A stretch of DNA of 48,161 nt, the filler included, from Jimgerdemannia flammicorona (taxonomy: Eukaryota): assembly GCA_003990765.1 (NCBI GenBank). It is 2 parts of 2 records of this genome, joined end to end, with 100 filler letters (N's around TTAATTAATTAA, not from the genome) between each part and the next. Parts side by side here need not be neighbours in the genome. Positions count along the whole stretch, not along the records: positions 24,139 to 48,161 come from RBNJ01001029.1; 1 more part is not named here. One strand, given 5' to 3'. Below, one piece after another: positions 39,001 through 48,161 of this stretch. Below the pieces are notes generated by a model. The model was not told where the DNA came from, ran no database searches, and worked only from the letters and a program-made list of their open reading frames with translations. The position numbers were made by a program, and so were the translations under genes. Position 1 is the first letter of the stretch. Every line of letters starts with the position of its first letter.

Positions 39001-39228
39001 GATAAATTGGTTCAGTGTTTTCAGTATCTATCTCATGATAGTAGTGTGGGGTCTTTCCTTTGATATCCTTGAAATCTGTGGCAAGGACATCTTTGAATTC
39101 GTGAAGTATTTTCTTGAGTTCTTTCTTGAGTGGGAATTCCTTTCTGATGGTGTAGCTGTGCTTGCTTGTGTTTTCCTCCTTCTTATGCTCGAGTTCGGTG
39201 ATCTTGGTGCTGGCAAATACTCCTCTTC

Positions 39229-39620
39229 CTATGGATCCAAATCCTTTCTTTCCTCTTTTCATTTCCTCCAGCTTTTTAACTTCTATGATCTTTGGTTGTA
39301 GGATTGGAAAGATCAACATTTGCACCAATCAGTCCTTCCTCTTGACTGAAAATGGGATTGTAGGATTGTGATTCCTAGCAATGAGTAGAATTTCTCCAAT
39401 ATAGTCTGAATCAATGACTCCTCCTTCGATTGTGATTTCGCTTCTAGCCAGGCTGCTTCTTATCTTGAGAATCCCGATATGATCCTTTGGGATGGTCATC
39501 TCCAGTCTAGTTGCAAGTAGGGTGGTTGTCTGGGGTTCCAGTACAGTCTCCTCTACTGTAGCAATATCCATTCTGGCTGCATTTTCTGACTTGTATTCTG
39601 GCAAGACTGCATCAGGGTGG
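39229..39620 (-). pseudogene. dUTPase domain within pol of element B
   Basis: AARMDI, RSSLA, GGVIDSDYIGEI and RGKKGFGSIG. Confidence 0.92.
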
Positions 39621-39857
39621 ATCTTTCAAATCTTGATCTTGATTTCTTCTTCATCATCACTGTCCTCCAGGAGGGCTGGTGGTTCGTCATCTTCCTCCTT
39701 CTCTTCTTCCCTAATCTGTTTTTTGAGAGCTTTCTGCCTTCTTTCCTGGGGTTCTGATAGTGTACTGGTAGCAATCATTGATATGCTCCATACAGTATAT
39801 CTTGATTCCATGGGGACAGACTCCTTGTGGGGCATAATCTTCTGTGATCTTCTTGCA

Positions 39858-41775
39858 CTATTCTTCTTCACTCATCCATCCAACTTTCTTCTTCTTTGGA
39901 GTAGTCACTATATAAGCTTCCTCTTGCTCACTCTCTTCTTCCTCTATATCAGGCAGGACTCCTTTATTGACATTAATGGGAATTCGTATCTTCTGTCCCT
40001 GGTAGGTGATCTGCATCTTCTGAGCATTGAGATCGATTACTGCCTTGGCTTTGTGAAGCCATTGATTGCCAATGAGGATGTCATAGTTAGTGGCATTGGT
40101 TACAATTACATTTACTGGGATGGTTGCTCCTCTAATCTTGATGGGAACAGCTTGGATCTTTCCCAGAGGTGTGGCTCTTGTGCCATCAGCTGTGATGAAC
40201 ACTAGTTTAGTTGCTTCTTCCACATCCCAACCTAGGCAGTCTGCTGCCTTCTTGCTAAGGAGATATCCTTCTGCTCCCATATCAATGATGGCTTCAAAGA
40301 TTCTATTCTCAATTTGGCATATTGTACATATAAGCAGAGGTTTTGTGATTGTCCTCACTTTCTTCTCCTGAGTCCTCTTGAATGTATTGGCCTCAGTTAT
40401 CTTCCATCCCTGTTCCTTAGTTGTTTCGGCAAGTCCAAACCTCATTTGCTGTCTGAATGTTGGGATTTCTGTGAGCTGACCAAAGGTTGCATTGACGTTT
40501 TGTTGACTGAGGTCCTTGAAGATATCATACTTGAAGGTCTTGGTCTTACGAAGCTTCTTTTCTTTTTCTCCTTCACTGGCTGGAGTGGTTCCTCAAATGA
40601 TATCTTGAACTGCTTGCTCCAGCTCGATATCTTGGTCCATCTCTTTGGCTTGGCTTTTTGTGGCAGTTTCTATCCACTTTTTCACTGGGTTCTTCTTGGG
40701 TCTTCCTGGTGGTCTCTTGTAGGGTTCTTTGTGAGCATCCTTCTTGGTGGTCTGAGCAGGATAGGCCTCCTATTCCTCTTCATCAGATTCTCTGATTTCT
40801 TCAAAGGTGATTGTATTGGCCTGCTCCTTGTTTCATGTAGCATTGCTTGGTTGAGCCTTGTGCTTGGTTTTGCTCATGCATTCATAGGAGTAGTGGCCTT
40901 CTTCTCTGCAGCTGTAGCAGGTACCTTTCTTCTTGTCTGAGGTAGTGGAAAACTTCTGAACAGGGTGGCAATCTCTTCTGCAGATTTCCTTTACCACATC
41001 TCCCAGGTGGGCAGTCATTTTAGTAAACCTTTTGGCAAGTTCCTCCATAGGGTCACTGTTCTTTTGCTGCTCTGTAGCTTTTGGCTGAGGTGTGTTTTGA
41101 TTGATCATTGTGGTGGAGATTACACTGGTTGACTTAGGTGCCTCAATTCTAACTCCTGTAACTCTCTCTATCATATGGTCTTGTGGGTGTCTGGCTATCT
41201 AGTATCGCTGAGTATAGGTGACCTTTTGTGGCAGATCCAGAATCACTGGTGATGAGTGGATAGCCATGGCTATTTCCAGATAGACTTCTTTCATAAAGAT
41301 TGCTTCAGCTACTTGATTCCAGATAGCAGCAGCATAATCTGCAAGAATTATCTGATATTGAATTCTGGTATAGAATGTGTTTGGATCCTCACTCATTTCT
41401 TGGCATATTGTATTGAGCTGATCCTTCAGGGCTTGCTTGATCTCATCTGTATAATATATATTTCAGAGCCAGGTCTTCTGTGCTATCAGTATACCATCGG
41501 CATCATTTCCTGCATGGGTTGCAGCTGTGAATGCTGCTCTGGCAGGACCTCATAGGCTGAAGGGCATGAGGGCTACTTACTGTACTGCTGTCAGGGTCCT
41601 TATAGCAGCATACTGCTCGAAATCATCAATGAAGGTGATGATTGATTCATCTGAGATATATCTATGGAATTCTGGTGGTCTCATATCCATCTTATCTGGG
41701 TATTGGAGCTCAGTTTGTATGGTTGTTCAGGTAGTGGCAGTTGTTTGTTGTTCAGCTTGAAAGTGAGGGATTCGT
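39858..41775 (-). pseudogene. gag (CCHC knuckle) and aspartic protease of element B
   Basis: CYSCREEGHYSYEC; AIIDMGAEGYLLS...YDILIGNQWL. Confidence 0.9.
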
Positions 41776-42559
41776 CTTAAATCACCAGCCAATGGGCACT
41801 AAGTTGTAATGTAGTGGATGCTTACTCTTGAAAGTACGTCAGATTTCTGTATCTTGAAAACTTGACTGTTCTGACTCTTGCAGAGTCTCTTGAAGTTGTA
41901 GAGGAGGGTGGGTGAGTTCGAAGTGTATCTGCCTGCAGGCTTACTAGTTTCTTTGCTATCTCTTTGCTTTGAACTATTTTGATCTGAGGTTTATTCACTT
42001 GAAGATACTGGGTTATTTATACAAATTTACTAGCTATAAGATGGTTACTGGGTTACGTGGCTAAGTTATGAGTCATTTAACACTTTGCAAAATATTTTGC
42101 CAGTTGTGAAATGCTATACTAAATCGAGAAGCTCGATCTCACACTTTGCAAAATATTTAGCAAATGGCGAAATTGAGGACTGCTAACTATGTGGCTATAC
42201 TACTTTGGGACTGGGTGTGATCAAGTGTTTTTTCCCTATTTTCTTCTTCCAAATCTGGCTATACTGTCACACTATTTTATTTATTTATTTTTACATATAT
42301 ATATTGAGTATAAAAGAGATTCTTTGTATATTCTTATCAGTTTTACTACTAATGAGAGATCTTTAATTTATAATATCAGTAAACTATAAATCATACTATA
42401 TTAGTAATTATAACTACTTCTATACTGATATTCTGTCCAAAGCCAAAAAACAGCCAATTAAGTGCAATACTTCTTATACTTATAGCAATCACTATACCCA
42501 GTATATCTATTTACTCATTGAATAACTACAAAGTCACTATGGGTACATATAATATATAT

Positions 42560-45500
42560 TATAATATACTGGCTCAATGAAGACAAATTAAAAAATTAGA
42601 GCTACTATGTAGATTGACTTAAGCCCTTAATTACTTTGTCAAAAAGTAATAAAATATTCAATAGCTTCTCTCAGAAAATAGGTATAAGTTCTGTTTTGCA
42701 TATTATAGATAATTTTGGTGATTTCCTAATTAGGCAGCGAATTCCTAAGTAGGATGTAATTTTCTTAGATGGCAGACTTCTTAACAAATAGCTCAGATAA
42801 TATAAACCAGTAGATTTCATAATAATGATAGCTTTTTCTTAAGTAGTAAGTTACTTAAAATTAGTAGATAACTTATATAACATAGATTCTTTCTGAATTA
42901 GTGAGCTTCTTCTTCTTTATATTGAGATGAGCAATAGAATTATACTACTAAAATTATAAATTAACTATATACCATATCTAGTATACTAAGTAATCAAGAC
43001 TGCCTTACTGTACCAATCTGTATAATTAGCCAGAGATACTAGAAACACTATGTTTACCTATACTGAGTAGGATACTGTACTGAGTGGGTATACTATACTA
43101 AGTGGGTACACTATACTATCTAGGAATACTTATGATAAATAGCAATCTATAGTTAGCAATATAATAATCAGATAGTAATCACAACTATATAAAATACTCT
43201 AGAGATAAGAGTGAATAAACCTCAGTCCAAAATTGAATCTAAAGCAACAGCTTCTCTTTCCACTCTAGTCCACTTTTTGATACAAAGATTGAAGAGTCTG
43301 AAATCCAAAGTAAAAGACAAGTCTGCCTACTACACTTCAAGAGATATACCTGCCAAAAGCCACTTGATCCTAAAGAAATTGAATTGCAATACTTAGGAGA
43401 AATGCCTGCTCTAAAGCCACTACTAGGAGATTGTGAGCTCTGTTATTTCCACTCTGAATGAGTCTATTTTCAAGAGTAATCTGCTACTTAAGGAATAAGC
43501 TACTATTTTCAAGAAGAACCCACATTCTCAGAGAACCTATAGGAATCTTACCACAAGCTAGTCTATTTGATACAACTTCACAGTAGAGCCAGTCTATGAC
43601 ATAAATCTATCAAAGCCAGTCTTTGATATAACTTACCAAGAATCTACTATCCAACCTTCTGAGTTATCTGAGTTATTGAATTATCTATATTATTTAAGTT
43701 ATCTGAGTTATCCATACTATCTGAGTTATTTACTCATTTCTAGTAAGCTGATTCAGAAGAATCTATGCCAAATTGAGTTATCTACTAAAATTATATAAGA
43801 AAACTACCAAATTACCAGATCATCATACATAATGAACCTGCTGTACTATACAGAGATTATCACATAGAAATCACATACTTTTGGAGAATACTTGTACCAC
43901 ACCAATTGCTACTATATCTAGAGAACTATCTCAATAAGGAAATTACTCACAGATATCCAGCTTTGACTATTAAATCACTAAATACCAAGAACATTTTGTT
44001 ACTTTTAAAAAAGTAACTAGGGGCTCAAGCCAAACTACATCAATCTCTAATTTTGTAATTTGCCTCTATTGAGCCAGATATATTACATTTGGGGGCTCAA
44101 CTGAGAAGATATCAAATTGATATAACTTTTCAGCTCATAAGAACTCATAGTTAAACTAGATATATTTAATATAATACCAATATCTACTACTATAGAAGAA
44201 TTAGTTATCACCAGTATTTGGACAGAAAGAGAAGTAATCACTTCAAAACTTGCCAACTACCCAGTATCGGAAGGATTCTAACCAGATATCTGTATAGTCT
44301 AAAATCCTCAACTAGATCAATCAGACAACACAGGCAGCCCTGTTGGAAACTTTGAAGAACTTGCATAAGTACTAGAAGATCTTATTATACAAGCCTGATA
44401 TCTTGTAGCCAAATACTCCAGAGAGGTCCCACCAATCTCACTCATTGAATCTTTACCACCAGCCCTCAAAAAATTGAAAGTAGCTCCTTCAAGAATACCT
44501 AGACTCATTCTACTTTATCTGAGGTCTATATCACCATCCTCAAGATACCCAAGCACCTCCATCTCTAGCAATAGTTCAGAAAGCAAATCTGAATCTAAAT
44601 CTGAATCTGAATCAGAATCTGGACCAGAACTAGAATTAGAAGAAAGTGATGATAAAATAACTACCCCATTGCCAACCTTCACAGGATATCTAGAGGAAGA
44701 TTTTAGAGAATTTCTTGATAGAATTGATGACATTACAGCCCTGAGAAATCTTTCAGATGAAAGGAAAATTGCCATCTATAAGACTCAGCTCAGAGAACCA
44801 GCTAAAGGGATTTTCTACCAAATAGCAAATGACCCACATTCTGAACTTATAGCAGAAATACAAGCAGCAATATCTTATTAGCTAGAATATATAGTCATAG
44901 TCTACTGGCTTATCAAAAAATATGTAGGAAATGAAATCCACTACAAGGCTCAAGAATCTGTCATAGGAATAAAGATGAATCTTAGAGAATCACTCAGAGC
45001 CTTCTTCATAAGAATTCAGAAGAGAATGTATGCAGCCAGGTTCAATATCACCAACTAAGACATCAGAGGTCCAATGATCTTCAAGAATGGAATTTCTCTA
45101 AACATTGCCCAATATGTTCATACTCTAGATATCAGAAGGTCTGAAGAGTAAGTAGATATAGTCTAAGGATCCTTTGATATCAGACAAGGAACTATCTGGA
45201 GTGACTATGATAAGAAGGATGACAAAGAAGACATTCTGGTCAAAGCTCTATAAGAACTCTTTTAAGAACAGGAGAGGTCCAAAGAAAGAAGGCCAGCTAA
45301 AGAAGAAAAGAAGAACAGAAGTGAAATTCAAGAACTCAGTTCCAAGCTAGACTGATTGGTTGGACAGATTGAAAAACTTACCACATGCAAAAATAGGAGT
45401 TATCAAGACAATAGAGGATATCCACCACAGAGAATTCAAGATCATCTACTCAGAGATAACAGGAATTACTGGCAAGAAGAAAGAAGATACCTTATCTAAG

Positions 45501-47620
45501 ACAGAGCTCAAGTCTAATACTTCTACTATGGACAATTCAGACACTATACTACTGAATGGAACAATAGAAGAAATGACTGAAGGGACTCAGAACCACCAAA
45601 CTGAAGGAATGAAACTCAGTATAAGAAGACTAAAGCTCATTCTGTTGAAGATTTTGATGAAGAAAGCAACAGTGAAGACTACAGTGACCTGGACTTGTAC
45701 CTAGCCAAAGTCAGTATCTGAAAGATAGTCTATCCAGCAGAGAAAAGGAAGAGACCTATAGGAAGACCATTCAGAAATATCAGCAGAAGAATCCAAGAGA
45801 AAGACAAAGAATATGAAGAGGAGCAAGTAGAAACACCTTCCTGGTCTCTCTCACCTTTTGTCTCCAAAACAAATGAGCTACCCCCAGAGGATGAAGAAAT
45901 GAAATAAAAAGAATAAGAACCTACTGCCCCAAAGCTCAAGAAGAAGTATACCTCAAAAACCATACCTATAGATATCTATAATAAAGCCTGGCAGAAGATT
46001 TAAGAAGCTAAGATAGAAGTCTCTCTTTTGCAGTTCCTGTAACTGACACTAGCTAGAGTCTGAAATAAATTGCTGAGGACCACTAGGTCTAGTACTGGTC
46101 AAGTTCCAATCCCACAGTAAGAGCTAGCTCCCATCTCTATCTAAGCTATAGAGAGATATATCAGCACCTATCTATATAGAGATATTGGAAGACAAAAGAC
46201 AAAAATCCTCATAGATATAGGAGCAGCTATCTGTATCATTGCCAAACATTCCTAGATACCCTCCAATGGTCTATTGATGGACTATCTAGCCTTAGCATCA
46301 TAGTAGTAGATAGAGCCCAAACTCAACTAATTGGAGAAGTATGAAATATCACCATCTCTCTTAAACACATTTAGTTCTCTATCTCAAAAGCTATTATTAC
46401 TGAAGCTATTACCTATAACATGATCCTTGGTACCAACTGAATGAAGGAAATGAATGTGGTTATTGATATCAGTCAACAAATACTCAAGTTTGACTACTGA
46501 GATAAGAAGGATAGAGTTAAGATGACCAGCTATAAGTAATCAAAGAAGAAGAAAAAGGTTACTATTTAGAAAGAATATATCAGTAGTGAAGAATCTACCA
46601 CAGAATCTGAAGATAGAAATGATCCCAGGCTCAACCCCCAAATCAACTTAGTAGATGATAGGTCAGAAGATAATATATGGACTAGAAATACTATCTCTAT
46701 TACAATTAGAGCTATTGCAGGAGAAATCAAAGGATGCTCTATCTGCATCAAGAGACACAAGTGCCCTGAGCACTCCTCCAAAATCATTGGGACAAGGAAT
46801 TTGCCTGATACAGCTTGCCTAGAGTATAGAAAGAAGAAGAAATACAGATATATTTCAGGGACATCTGCAGCCAAAGCTGTAGAAGTATAAGCAATCTGGG
46901 GTCAAGAATCATCTAAGAAAGAAGAAATCTCTGAACAGGAGGTTTCTGAACAAGAAGTACCTAAAGAAGAAGAAGTTCTCAAACTCATTTTCTGAGATAA
47001 TTCTCACTAGACACTACCCAAAAACAATGGCCCCTAGAATATTGAGGAAGGACTCAGCATAATCTCTATTATTTCTAAGCAAGAAACTCACCAAGAAAGA
47101 ACCTTTCAGCTAAGAAGATATCTATATCAAATAGTCTTCCACTCTTCCTGAGACTACTGCTATCAGTGCCACCTGTTGAACCAATAAGAAAGACAGAGAC
47201 TCTGAAGATTAGAACTCTCAACCATAGTTATACAGTCAACTACCTTTTAAGAAGTCACCACTAAGTTGTAAAGCTGATTCAGAGGATAAGGTCTCTTTAC
47301 CCAAATAGAAGTATATCTCTTGACTACTCTTTCTTCAACTTATGACCAAGATGGATATTGATTCCTAAGACAATAAGAGATCAGTAACTAAAAACAGCAT
47401 TTCTGAGTAATGAGACATTATAACTATGGAAGGCACCCAGACTGCTGAGACTACAGGCACCAGAAGATTCACCTCAGTCAGGATGTTACAATTCACACCT
47501 TAAAGAGAGGAGACAATAGAGACCAGATCCAAAAAAGGAAAACCAAGAAGCCTGGAAGAATAACTCTCAAGATCAATAATTTAGGAGAAAACATCCCAGC
47601 TCTCATCAGATATACAACCC
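42560..47620 (+). mobile_element. Truncated Gypsy-like element D: LTR region ending at 44087, PBS, gag, protease, acidic/Cys-rich linker; no RT
   Basis: ...TATTACA followed by TT-TGGGGGCTC. gag LPTFTGYLEEDFREFLDRI. Protease ILIDIGAAICII near 46210 and MILGTN*M. Confidence 0.8.
44090..44107 (+). promoter_or_regulatory. tRNA-Pro-like primer binding site
   Basis: TGGGGGCTCAACTGAGA resembles the canonical Pro PBS TGGGGGCTCGTCCGGGA after CpG decay. Confidence 0.7.
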
Positions 47621-47699
47621 ATTAAGTAGAACTGTAATTCTGTACCCATAAGTCTCACTATTGCTACTATTAATAATATCATCCTTGCTGAAATCCACA

Positions 47700-48121
47700 A
47701 GTTTTCATTTATTATCTAATAACTTCTTACTGATGAGGCTCTTACTGTACTTGTAAGGATTGAGAAGAAGAAATCACCAGGATTGATTGAGGCAATATAT
47801 CATTTCTGATTTTTTAAACAATATCTGATACTATATCAATATATTTTCACAAGCATTTTCATGATATGAGGCTACTGACAGATTATACCTGGTGAAGTTT
47901 TCAAGACATATTTGCTGAGGATAGATATTCTGTATATGAGCATCATGAAGTCTTGAGTTTGAGACTGAGTAGAGGCAAGCTGAAAAATTGCAACTACAAA
48001 TGAATGAAATATGTAACAGAAAAATTTCTGGAGGAATATGGATAATAGAAATCATACAAGGACAGTTGAGTTCTTGCAGCAGATATGGACATCAATGGAG
48101 CCCATCCTTAATACATATCAT
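47700..48121 (-). pseudogene. Possible F-box-like gene fragment
   Basis: IHIPPEIFLLHISFI resembles the F-box start LPxEILxxIFxxL. No other support. Confidence 0.25.
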
Positions 48122-48161
48122 TCTTGAATTTTTTGTGTTTTTTGTATTTTTTTTTTTTTTT

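Larger units (their letters stand above)
35931..42271 (-). mobile_element. Ty3/Gypsy LTR retrotransposon B encoding dUTPase; integrase core deleted
   Basis: 467-bp LTRs at 35931-36397 and 41805-42271. CTAT TSD at 35927-35930 and 42272-42275. PPT CAGGAGGAAGT and PBS at 41801-41785. Confidence 0.95.

Noticed and set aside
39492..40940. Plus-strand ORFs of 237 and 208 aa
   Set aside because: Low-complexity antisense shadows of Gypsy B gag-pol.
43401..43410. ATGCCTGCT as another MPAT-type accessory ORF start
   Set aside because: The downstream peptide (MPALKPLLGDCELC) shows no similarity to the A-LTR protein.

Overview
Eukaryotic, probably fungal, transposable-element graveyard with no intact host gene. 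It shows strong C>T/G>A decay (CpG almost absent, CpA>TpA in the older copies) and a 100-bp assembly gap at 24039-24138. Gypsy LTR retrotransposons: (A) full-length, 9759-18546 (-), 1.56-kb LTRs, AGAT target-site duplication (TSD), inserted in the dimerisation domain of an intron-containing hAT transposon (~4540-19165); (B) 35931-42271 (-), 467-bp LTRs, CTAT TSD; (C) an older B-family copy, ~26794-33789, with an inverted 5' part and a foldback MITE; (D) a truncated element, ~42560-47620 (+), with a tRNA-Pro-like primer binding site (PBS). Also present are a Copia RT/RNase H fragment and several L1/Tx1-like LINE pieces. A, B and C share the pol order protease - small Cys/His module - dUTPase - RT - RNase H - integrase. 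The most notable observation is an unrecognised accessory protein family. It is a ~274-aa ORF inside the U3 of both A LTRs and of a diverged LTR fragment at ~861-2345, with a probable homologue between pol and the PPT in B and C. The hAT element also carries a second, divergently oriented gene, separated from the transposase by two long hairpins with a shared palindromic core. All translations were done by eye, and coordinates of degraded pieces are approximate.
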